From contig NIVC01002987.1 of assembly GCA_002269645.1 (NCBI GenBank), forward strand, positions 13,686 to 77,685: DNA of 64,000 nt, read 5' to 3'. Within the stretch, counting starts at the first letter, position 1. Each line of letters opens with the position of its first letter. The DNA is from Macrostomum lignano (lineage: Eukaryota). Below are positions 46,758 to 58,600 of this stretch, one piece after another. Both the position numbers and the translations under genes were made by a program. The notes below the pieces were generated by a model that worked only from the letters and a program-made list of their open reading frames with translations, was not told the origin of the DNA and did not search any database.

Positions 46758-48107
46758 ATGCCGTACTACAACTGGGTCTACTTTGTCCAGCTGGCAATCG
46801 TTGCTGGCGTGATGGTCATTCTGTTCCTGCTGGTTTTTTCCCACACAATGGCCATCATTTTCGCAAGATCCCACTTCTACAAGAAGGTAGCTTTCGAGCC
46901 GGCTGCTGTCGAGGCCGGCCTGCCCGGCGTGTCCATCATCAAGCCGCTGGTTGGCATAGACAAGAATGTGTACAGCAACCTGGAGACCTACTTCAGGCTG
47001 GACTATCCCCGTTACGAGCTGCTGTTCTGCCTGGAGAGCGCGGACGATGCCGTCACTATGGTGGTGGACACACTGATGCAAAAGTACCCCAAAGTAGACA
47101 CCCGGGTATTTACGTCACCTGTGCGTCACAACGTCAATCCCAAGATCAACAACATGATGCAGGGCTACTCGGCAGCAAAGTACGACCTCGTGATGGTCTC
47201 AGACAGCGGCGTTAAAATGCGACCAGAGGCGCTGATGGACATGGTTTGGTGCATGTCGCAAAAGGATATCGGAATTGTCCACCAGATGCCATTCATTGAG
47301 CAGCGACCTGGCTTTCGCAACTTGGCCCATTCCACGCATTTTGGCTGCACGCATGCCAAGTTTTACATTAGCGCCCACTGTCTGGGGATCAACTGCTGCA
47401 CAGGAATGTCCTGCCTGCTGCGCAAGCCCGTCATCGACAAGAAGCCGGGCGGTCTCGCCTACTTCGGCCGCTACCTAGCCGAGGATTTCTTCGTGGCGCA
47501 GCACTTCATTGAAAACGGTTACAAGATGACGCTGTCGCACTATCCCGCGCTGCAGGACGGCAGTGGAGAAGTTAGAGGTCTGCGTAGGCGTCTGATACGC
47601 TGGCTGCAGCTGCGCGTCGCAATGGTGCCACAGCTGGTGAGTAAATGCGGCGCTCAATGACAGCTAATAACCATCCAGTTTTAGTGTATTGGGATTTCAA
47701 AAGTTTACGCAAGTTCCCTAATAAATACTGCTCTCCAGGTGGTACTCGAGATGCTTGCCGAGTGCCTCGTGTCCGGCGCCATGGGTGCCTGGGCGTTCGC
47801 TTTCCTGCTTCCGAGCCTGGTCAATCCAATTGTGTACTTTCTAACCCACTGCCTGATCTGGTTGCTGGCCGACTATACCCTGCTGTGCAGCTGCCTGGAC
47901 CCGGCCGAGCCGCTCATGTTCAGCCGGCTGGCGTTCATGTTCACGTGGCTATTCTGGATCGGAACCCAGCCGATCACGGTGGTTCGATCGCTCTTCCACT
48001 CAGAGATTGTCTGGCGGGACAAGCGCTTCCGGCTGCAGTGGGGCGGCAACACGGTGGAGCTGCCAGGCCTGCCTGTCAACCTCAGCGCTGCCAAGCAGGC
48101 AGTTTGA
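46758..48107 (+). CDS. UGCG: Ceramide glucosyltransferase (glucosylceramide synthase), 415 aa
   Basis: Exons 46758-47636 and 47739-48107 (gtgagt...ctctccag, phase 0). N-terminal TM, GVSIIKPLVGID.NVYSNLETYF, NPKINNMMQGY, SDSG, LAEDFF, RRLIRWLQLR, VWRDKRFRL. Confidence 0.95.
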
Positions 48108-50762
48108 CAGCGTCTGCATGCGTGCGCGGTAGATGATGATAATTACAAGCCAACCTGTCTGCTAGATGACTACGTCGCACAGCTGACGAGGTCCCAGTTT
48201 TACCCACACTTGATGAGATGCGTCCACTTAAATAATAAATTTTATCAGCTGTGCATTTTACCCTTGAACTACGCATGTAGCTGTCTCTCTGAACCAAAAG
48301 AACAGCCCCAGCCTGTGTGTGGTTCATTTAAAAATATTGCGTATTAATTTTAGTCTGTAGAATCTTCCCTACTTAGATTTTAGGCAATGCGCGTTTCATA
48401 AGCCACATCCGAACGCTGAGTTTCAGATTTTACTGGATCTAAAACGAGAATGTTGCACAGATGCGAATTATGAAACGTGCATACCCAGTCCCGATAAACC
48501 CGGCTTTTAACATTGATTTTTTAACTGATTTCTTCTAGACATTTTCTCAACCACCTGTCACTCACTGTCTGTCAGCTTTGACTGCTTTCAGCTCTGCTTC
48601 TAATGTGCCGTACCTCCTTAATAACTAATCTCCTGCCTACCTATTCAATAATGATTCGATTCATTTTGCGTGCTAAACTTTGAGTTCCCGCACCTGCTAG
48701 CTAGTACGAGTATAATATAACATTCGAAGGCGTGATTGAATATCACCAGCAATCCCTGTAGTTCCAAAAAGCTACACTGATTTTTAATAAAACCTTTCTT
48801 ACTGTTTGCGAGCATGAGTCAATGCTAAGGTATAACTCGATATTTTTGTCTCTGTAATTTATTTATGTTTTGCCTGGCCAAACAAATTTTCGATTAGTAT
48901 ACAAATTACGAGCTAAAACAAATGAAATGTCCGGGCCGTTGCTAAACCAGCAAGAGACAGAGTGATTTGCCTGAGAGCAGTTATAAGAGAGCTAATTCAA
49001 GCTTGTTGTTTGTCTCTGTTTCCAGGCAAAGCCCCGACAACGCGAACTCTTAATTAAGCTCTGACTACTCAACCAGATGGCCTAAACCGCGAGGCCACTC
49101 GTTCAATAAACTTGTCTCATTTTGTCCGACGTCAGACGCGTGGCTAAGATAGAAAGAGATCAGGCGCAAAACAATGGTGCTGCAATAGCGTAGATTACAG
49201 ACCGTTGCCGAGAAAGGCATTGTGGTCTATTTATTATACGCGTAAATTGTATCAGCTCAGGCCGTCGCCCCTATGGCCCCTTGCTCACTTGAGCCACGCC
49301 CTATCTTCGTGACGGGCGGGAGGTGGGCTGCCTGGGTCAAGCTCAATGCAGCGAATGCGGAGAAGAGAGAGAACAGAGTGAGAGCAGAGTTGAAACTGGA
49401 TGAGTAGGTTGGGTAGGCAATAGCACTGCTACAGGGCATCCTGCAGGCCTATAAATTGCTGAGCACAATGCAAATGATACAGACAGAATGATGCTGTTGT
49501 CATTGGCCAATAACGCACCTCTCCGTCCCTCATCAGTACTCACACGGACTGCAGGCCGCGAGTGTACAGCATGAGAACAGATGGAGACTGAAGGATAGGA
49601 TAAAAAACGTCTGCCGGTGAACCATGGCAACAAGGGAAAGAGGGTGAGAGAGAATTCAGCAAGCCAGCGAGCGGTAGACAATGTTATAACCTTTAAGGCA
49701 ATGGAACAAAACAGCAGAACAGCAGCGAATTGAAATAATGAATTCTGAGACAACCAGCAATTTTATGTGTAATTTGTTCATTCAGGTTTCATTACAACAC
49801 AAAATTAAGTGCAAATTTGCTAATATATTTTAAAGTACAAAGCTGTTTGCAAAAATATGTTCTCCAGCAGGTCAATGATGGCTCATGCATCGAAGTTGTT
49901 ACTGATTGTGACAGACACCAATATCGCGTGTTCCAAACCATGGTTTCACGGCAACAATCGAAAAGTACACAAAAAGCTGTGATTGCTTTTCTTACTAGCC
50001 GTACACTTTTCCAGGTATAGCGATATTACCATGTACCTGTCAAACACGTACACTGACAACTAAAGTACATTTAAAAGTACGCTACACTCGCAAAATCGTG
50101 CAAATTTAGGAATGTTTTAGTTTCTAAAAACAAAGTTTAAATATGCCACCTGAACTCAGAATTGCAAACAAAGGAAGTGTGCAGTGCGTTGTGCATTGCT
50201 CACAAGTTTATCAAACTTGTTTCAACAGGCTGATTTTCAATTGGAGTTCGGATAGTCCTTGAGTGACATATTGGGGATTCAGTGCTGACAACACTGAAAA
50301 CTTCCCATCTCGCCAAAATCTGCACGATTCGAGAGTACAGCGTTCTTCTGCTTTAAGTTATCCATGCTCAAGCGATCACTCCTTGTAGCAGAAAAGAATA
50401 TATATTTGAACCGATAAAAACTTCAGTTTACATTGGATGGTTTTTTTCAAATTGCCTAATGATAAATGACGATTTAAGCAAGCAGGAAAAAATTCATCTC
50501 ATGCTAATGAATATTGGTAACATTTTTTGACCATTCGACCATCAAAGATTATCTTCGAACCCAATGCATGCGGATTTTTTTACTTTTGTTTCAGCCATTT
50601 CTGCCGCTGCCAGAAAAGAAGTTCATCTGAAAGAGTGAAAAAACACAATGATGGGTTCTACTATCAGTAGCATGAAGTAGAGAACAACATTTTTATAATT
50701 GCCAACGAAACTTACTACCTGCGTATTAGCTGGAGAAGCAATAAAGTAAGCTCTGGTGAGAT

Positions 50763-50998
50763 TCACCCAATGGAGAGTGAGACTCCTTCGATTGAGAGTG
50801 AGACTCCTTCGATTGAGAGTGAGACTCCTTCGATTAAGAGTGAGACTCCTTCGATTAAGAGTGAGACTCTTTCGATGGAGAGTGAGACTCCTTCTTTTGA
50901 GAGTGAGACTCCTTCGATTAAGAGTGAGACTCCTCCGATAGAGAGTGAGACTCCTCCGATGGAGAGTGAGACTCCTCCGATGGAGAGTGAGACTCTCC
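50763..50998. repeat. Minisatellite, 21-bp unit
   Basis: gagagtgagactccttcgatt repeats. Confidence 0.9.
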
Positions 50999-51489
50999 TA
51001 ACTAACTAACTAACGGAGAGCAAGACTCAGACTCAGAAGAGATATGATACGAGTCTTAGCCAACTGATTTCTCTGCTTTGTGTTGACTGATAATGACATG
51101 TACAATCTTAAGAAAGTAATAGGAGATCATAATAATAATTCTGTTATATGCTTACCACGGTGTCGCTGAGGGCATTGAAACTGGATCGCCTTGAGGAGCC
51201 CGAGTCACCGGCAGCCCGATCCTGCAGCAGTTCAGTCATGTAGGGGTTGTTGTTGCTATTCTCAGACTTCAAGAGAACACTGCTGACTCCGCTTGAGCAC
51301 AGAATCCAGTTTGCCGGACTCAATAGATAGTTTTGGATGGACATGAATGTCATTTTACTAAGTGTAAGTCTCCAAGTGGAGCGCCTTAGTCTACAGGGGG
51401 TGTTATAGGGCATGGGGATACCCTGGTACCAAAATCTAGCCGATATGTAATATCAATGAGGCACCATCACAAACCCAAAAAACCACAAC

Positions 51490-53470
51490 TCCGAAAGTAC
51501 TTCACATCATAAACCCGAAATATCCCAAACCCGAAATACCACAAACCCGAAATACCACAAACCCGAAATATCACAAACCCGAAATATCCCAAACCCGAAA
51601 TATCACACACCCGAAATATCCCAAACCCGAAATATCACAAACTCGAAATATCACAAACCCGAAATATCACAAACCAAAAGTATCACAAACCCGAAATATT
51701 ACAAACCCGAAATACCACAAACCCGAAATATCACAAACCCGAAATACCACAAACCCGAAATACCACAAACCCGAAATATCACAAACCCGAAATATCAGAA
51801 ACCCGAAATATCCCAAACCCGAAATATCACACACCCGAAATATCCCAAACCCGAAATATCACAAACTCGAAATATCACAAACCCGAAATATCACAAACCA
51901 AAAGTATCACAAACCCGAAATATCACAAACCCGAAATATCACAAACCCGAAATATCACAAGCCAGAAGTATCACAAACCCGAAATATCCCAAACCCGAAA
52001 TATCACACACCCGAAATATCACAAACTCGAAATATCACAAACCCGAAATATCACAAACCAAAAGTATCACAAACCCGAAATATCACAAACCCGAAATATC
52101 ACAAACCCGAAATATCACAAACACGAAATACCACAAACCCGAAATACCACAAACCCGAAATATCACAAACCCGAAATTTCACAAACCCGAAATATCCCAA
52201 ACCCGAAATATCACACACCCGAAATATCCCAAACCCGAAATATCACAAACTCGAAATATCACAAACCCGAAATATCACAAACCAAAAGTATCACAAACCC
52301 GAAATACCACAAACCCGAAATATCACAAACCCGAAATATCACAAACCCGAAATATCCCAAACCCGAAATATCACACACCCGAAATATCCCAAACCCGAAA
52401 TATCACAAACTCGAAATATCACAAACCCGAAATATCACAAACCAAAAGTATCACAAACCCGAAATATCACAAACCCGAAATATCACAAACCCGAAATATC
52501 ACAAGCCAGAAGTATCACAAACCCGAAATATCCCAAACCCGAAATATCACACACCCGAAATATCACAAACTCGAAATATCACAAACCCGAAATATCACAA
52601 ACCAAAAGTATCACAAACCCGAAATATCACAAACCCGAAATATCACAAACCCGAAATATCACAAACCCGAAATACCACAAACCCGAAATACCACAAACCC
52701 GAAATATCACAAACCCGAAATTTCACAAACCCGAAATATCCCAAACCCGAAATATCACACACCCGAAATATCCCAAACCCGAAATATCACAAACTCGAAA
52801 TATCACAAACCCGAAATATCACAAACCAAAAGTATCACAAACCCGAAATATCACAAACCCGAAATATCACAAACCCGAAATATCACAAGCCAGAAGTATC
52901 ACAAACCCGAAATATCCCAAACCCGAAATATCACACACCCGAAATATCACAAACCCGAAATATCACAAACCCGAAATACCACAAACCCGAAATACCACAA
53001 ACCCGAAATATCACAAACCCGAAATTTCACAAACCCGAAATATCCCAAACCCGAAATATCACAAACCCGAAATTTCACAAACCCGAAATATCCCAAACCC
53101 GAAATATCCCAAACCCGAAATATCACACACCCGAAATATCCCAAACCCGAAATATCACAAACCCGAAATATCACAAACCAAAAGTATCACAAACCCGAAA
53201 TATCACAAACCCGAAATATCACAAACCCGAAATATCACAAGCCAGAAGTATCACAAACCCGAAATATCCCAAACCCGAAATATCACACACCCGAAATATC
53301 ACAAACCCGAAATATCACAAACCCGAAATATCACAAGCCTGAAATATCACAAACCCGAAATATCACAAACCCGAAATATCACAAACCCGAAATACCACAA
53401 ACCCGAAATATCACAAGCCTGAAATATCACAAACCCGAAATATCACAAACCCGAAATACCACAAACCCCA
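51490..53470. repeat. 16-bp satellite array with higher-order pattern
   Basis: aaacccgaaatatcac repeated over about 2 kb with recurring variant blocks. Confidence 0.95.
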
Positions 53471-54162
53471 AAAGTTCTAGCAACGTCCAACGGTACTTTT
53501 TGTTTTCGGAGTTGTGATATTTCGGGTTTTTATGCCCCCCCCCCGTATCAATCCACATAACCTTCTAGCTTCAGAAACATTCGTGTTTTTATAAAAAACC
53601 CCATCATATCAGAAACTACGCTCTCATTAGGCTTCAATGGACCGCCCATTGACCGCCCCAAGCTATTCCCGTTCCAGCGGACGCACCGGCGTGAGGTTGC
53701 ACTTTGACGGTCTCCGGCTTGACAGCTTGGAGCCGGGCGGCGAGAAGAACTGATGACCTTCAGCTGTGGTGCCGCCTGCGGCAAGACTTCCGCCGCTACC
53801 GCTGCACCCGCTGCCGCTGTGAGCCCCGGCGAATGATGAAGCTACTGAGGAGCTGCCAGCTGCCGATTGCGGAGACGTGTTGACGCTGTGCCGCCTTGGC
53901 TGCACCGCCGTCGGCAGGGAAAGCGTGAAGCTGCGGTTGGCGTCTTCCTGGAAATGTTGCCATTTTGAGATACGTTTGTAAAAAATGCTCACGTGTCTTA
54001 TTGACAATACTAGTCAAAAATAACATTGAAAGTGGTGTAGGTTAAATATCCCGGGAAAAATAATACACGTAGATAAACGCAGTTTAAACAGTTATGTTAG
54101 GAGCAGAGCTAGTATTAAATTAACGAAATACTGATAATATGGTCCAATCTGCATTGGAACTG

Positions 54163-54375
54163 TGCCAGGGTGGTTTAGCGCGGCGCTCTGACGTGCCAGC
54201 GGCCCAGGCTCGATTCCAAGTGCAGTCGCATTAATTTTTTGAGGCTAAATTGGAATCTTGGCTTGGCTCTGCTCGTGCAATTAACGGCCTTGAGGGCCAA
54301 CCATCAAGGCACAGTAAAGTGTACATGCCTAACGATAAATAAAGTTAGGGCCGCTGTACACTCCTGTGTGAGTGT
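54163..54375 (+). mobile_element. tRNA-derived SINE, copy 2
   Basis: tggtttagcgcgg...ggctcgattcc boxes; matches 34463-34665. Confidence 0.75.
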
Positions 54376-55611
54376 GTGCCTGTGCGTATGACTGCGTACG
54401 TATCCGCGCGCTTGTGTGCCTGCTCAGGGGAGTCGGCGGAATGGGCAGTAATGCCTCTCGCCGGTTGTGTGACAATGTCGCTTAAAGTGCGCCAAGGTGC
54501 ACACAGCCCAGTAATTGAAAATCTGGCTTTCAAGACATTTTCCAAGACAGTCAAAAAGTAAATGATGTACATGTATGTGTAGCAAATATAAAGAAGCAGC
54601 CAAATGTGTAAATTAATAAGCAGAGAAGCATCGTCTTATGGGAAGTTTAAGTCGCTTGGGATGCTTGGCTACTTGTAGAAACTCTCAGTCTGCTCATGAA
54701 TGACGCGCAAGATTCCCGACTTCGCGAGTTCGGCTGCGCCAGGCAGAACGGCTTCCGGTTTAATAGTTTGGCAAGACAGAAAAACGCCTTGGCTTAGAGA
54801 AGAACAGTAGAATGCACGGAGACACCGGGGAGATATGAAGCAGAGGATACTGATGGATTGAGCAGCCGACCACTTTGCCAATTGAATTTCTTCCGCTACT
54901 GAGGCGGCAGCAGCCGATCCAGGAAATTGCGACTTGGCGTGCGACACTGAGGAATCGGGCCTCATCAAATATAGCTTCATCGTCTGCTTGAGCTGGAATT
55001 GCTCCGCCAAAATGGCTGATAAATCCATAAAGCCGGTAGAGATTATTGGAAGAGCTTTTTACGGCATAAAAATCGCAATTGCGAAATGATGAAGCACTTT
55101 GGGAGTATGGATGCTGGTGTAACCGCCCTGTCCTTCTCAGCCCCCATCGTGAGGGAATAGGGTACATAAAACAAAATACGGCTAGATCGTGGGAAACTGA
55201 TGAATTCTCACTAGAAGATGCCTTCAGGAAAAATTCCTGGCTTGAATCTTTGCGTTTCGAGCAGCCCAGGGGCCCCTTACCTCATTGACAGCTGGTGCAA
55301 TTTTTCCTTTTAAACTTCGAATTGTAAGGCCACTTCAAAGAAATCATTAAAATATTGAGGTTTAAAGCCATGGGATTTTGGCAGCTAGCCGAAATGGGAC
55401 GAATTTGCAAATCCAGCAAGCAGTTCAAATATAAGTTAAGGAACGCAGAGGCTACAGGGATACTCGTAGATAGTCAATGGACACAGGACAAGATAAAAGA
55501 TTGCCTGACTGGTGAGACATCAGGCACAGAGCACATGAACTGGACAGACACACGACTGATACAACGTGGCTAGCAAAACATCAATTAAGCTTTTCAAAAT
55601 TCAAAAGCAAA

Positions 55612-58600
55612 TCAAACTGTAGACAGAGAGATTTGGATAAAGGGCAGAAGGTGCAGCAGCGGCGCTCGTACACTGCTGCTGTACAAGTGACGCCTCGCGG
55701 CAGACATCGACTCCCCGATTGGAGGATGGGGCGTCACGTCCAGACTCCGACTGCGCGGCTGATGCTGCTCAAAGTGATGCGTTATCATCAGCCTGGGCGG
55801 CTGCTGGCAGCGGTTCGGCCAGCGGTGCTGCTGCGGCTGCTGCGGCTGCTGCTGCTGTTGGTTCTGATGGTACTGGTGATGCTGGTGGAGATGTAGCAGC
55901 CTCTGTCGACCTCTGTTATCCTCAGGGAGTAGAATCTGAGCCGCTGCCTGCTCTGCATCAGCATCAGCCGATGTAGTGACAATGATGGGCACGGAGAGGG
56001 AGTGCTGCGGCGGTTGGTGCACCCGCAGACAGTCCGGATGGGTGCCGAGCAAGCCGCTTTTAATGCGGGATGCAGCGGAGGCTGCACTGTCGCCAGCAAC
56101 TGACGATGCGCTGGACTGACAGTTTTTTCGGGGTTGCGATTAAATCAAAACTGAGGTTTGCGAGAGTGCTCTGGTTTCAGTTTCTAGGGGATAAGGTACA
56201 TTTTTGTCTGCGCGTTTCAATCTGACATTCGGAAAATCTAATTCTAAAAAAGCACAACAAAACAAAAGCCTCCACCGCTTGAACTGTACGGATGGACTAG
56301 CTAGAGTGAATCAGCGCTCCATCTATTATGTTATTTAGTTCGATTTGCAAGTTAGGCTTCAGCAGCGTAACTTACTCGTAAGCATCAACGGAACTTAATG
56401 GATTAGGGCTGGGAAGAGTATACCGGGTATATGAGTATGTAGGCTGATACCTAATGGAATTAGGAACGCATCGTGCATGGGCATGGCTCAGTGAGTTGAC
56501 TGCAGCTCCTGTATGAATTTATGCACAGATAACAAAAAGTGCTTACTACCAATTGAAAACTATTCTACTAGTCACTAACTATAAGCTAGGGGCTTTATCT
56601 GCTGCAAATAGGAAGATCAAAGTTTGTCGCCACTCACTGCGGTACCGCTGGCACAAAATACGTCAGTTGCCGAGCCTTTCCGAGGACTGGCGCGCAGACT
56701 GAAGGACGGACTGCTTCCAGTTTTTCCCATCTTCACCACGGGGTCCTCGCCTGCAGGGGGAAGACGGTGTTTTACTTGAACTAAAGCTTGCCAAGATTAT
56801 GCGACATCTGTAGTTTCAAAACGCATTTTACATGAAAGAAACGGGATATTTTTCATCCGGGGCGGTGACAGTGCTGGCTTGCGGGGTTAAAAAATCCATC
56901 AAATGGAAACAAAACGGTGGAAATGATTTTACACGAATACAGAAAGATTTTAAAGAAAGTGCATCGAGGTTTAAAATTTATTGAATTTAATCGATTTATC
57001 ATCACTAATAGAAGGCGTCGTCACGTGACGCAAATGGGTAACCTAAGGTTTCATCCCCGAACGAGATGTTGCTACTGAATGCGAATGAGTCACCTCCGGC
57101 GGAGTGAGGTTGGTGTCAGGTGCATTTCATTTTTTAGATCCTTTACTGAGTAAAGTCTGCAAAGCTACAATATAACTGTCAAAATACAGTATCCGGTTTA
57201 AGCAATGGAACACTAAAAGTTCCACAATCCATAAATGGACTAAAGCTTGGTCTTAGAATTTTTATTCGTAAAGAACTTTTGTCTTTCATACCCTGAGCAG
57301 CTCTTTGCTTGCATAGCTAATTGGGTATGGGGCGGGCAACACTAGCTTTGCGGCTGTGGAGAATTCAATATCGACTTAGCAGTATAGACACGAGTGCTAA
57401 GCCATCCACTCTGCAACAGACCTTAGCCCTCTCAGCTTATTATCCTTGCCCCATCTACATCCGTTCTTCCCCCGACTGCACCTGGCTTCGGCTGAACTGC
57501 AACCATCTGGGAACGGAAAAAATTACTGGGCAACCACATGTTACGTCTTCTGCACACCTGAGAGCAATCGGCCTGACGTTCGTGCAAGCGAAACTTGACA
57601 GTCGGAGTCGGTGCAACTAAAGGCAACAAAGGAAACGCATCAACGAGAGAACAGGCTTGTTTTGTATACCTGCTATCGAGGCGATAGGTCAGAAGTTTTA
57701 TCGGATTTAGAAATTCGTGAAAGAAGCATGCGGCATGTGTTGTTAGAGAGTTTTTAATCTTGTTTCACTTTTCATAGAACCACTTATGAGAGCTTATGAT
57801 CTCATTTCCCAATGTGCGATGGTTCTGCAAAATTTCTCCTTAAGCTAAATGGAAGGATTAAAATAATTACGCGAAGCAGTTTGAAAGGAAGTAATGATGA
57901 AAATCTAGCTAACTACCATGGATGTATTAAGATTACTGAGGGATTAGGGAAGACTCAAAATGCTATTGCTTGAGTTGGCGGGTACCGAATCGTTATCCCA
58001 TTGGCTACGGCAGGGTGAAGAGATGCAGCCAAAACACGCAACCCGAGAATGCTCTGCACAATAAAAGCCCTAGCAATATCCCCCTGACATCCCTGCTGTT
58101 AGTCCAGTTCGTGAAATTCGAACTCGAACCGGCTGGGATTCAGAACTTCGTTTCCTTTTCCATAATCACTTCGAAGCCATAAGAAATTCAGCACGACAGC
58201 TGTAGCCAGCATGCGTAGGGCCGTAGCTTGCGTCGTAATATTGACCTGGATTCTATGCGAAGTCCGCTCAGCGGAGATGACGCAGAATCAGCACCTGACC
58301 GAGTCGAAAGGTGAGCTGGAAAAGGCAAAACGATTCTCTTCTCCCGGGACCTACGACTGGAAGAAGAAGAGGTTCTCGTCTCCCGGGACCTATGACTGGA
58401 AGAAGAAGAGATTCTCGTCTCCTGGGACCTATGACTGGAAGAAGAAGAGATTCTCGTCTCCTGGGACCTATGACTGGAAGAAGAAGAGGTTCTCGTCTCC
58501 TGGGACCTATGACTGGAAGAAGAAGAGGTTCTCGTCTCCTGGAACCTATGACTGGAAGAAGAAGAGGTTCTCGTCTCCCGGGACCTATGACTGGAAGAAG

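Larger units (their letters stand above)
49343..55290 (-). other. Probable additional minus-strand exons (SCYL2-like 3' tail or a separate gene)
   Basis: GC-rich open frames with splice-like borders near 55030-54760, 53955-53660 and 51330-51156 (donor gtaagc). No family motif recognised and the structure is unresolved. Confidence 0.3.

Noticed and set aside
50756-51009. SETP-repeat ORF
   Set aside because: A 21-bp minisatellite with no signal peptide, splice context or synonymous bias.
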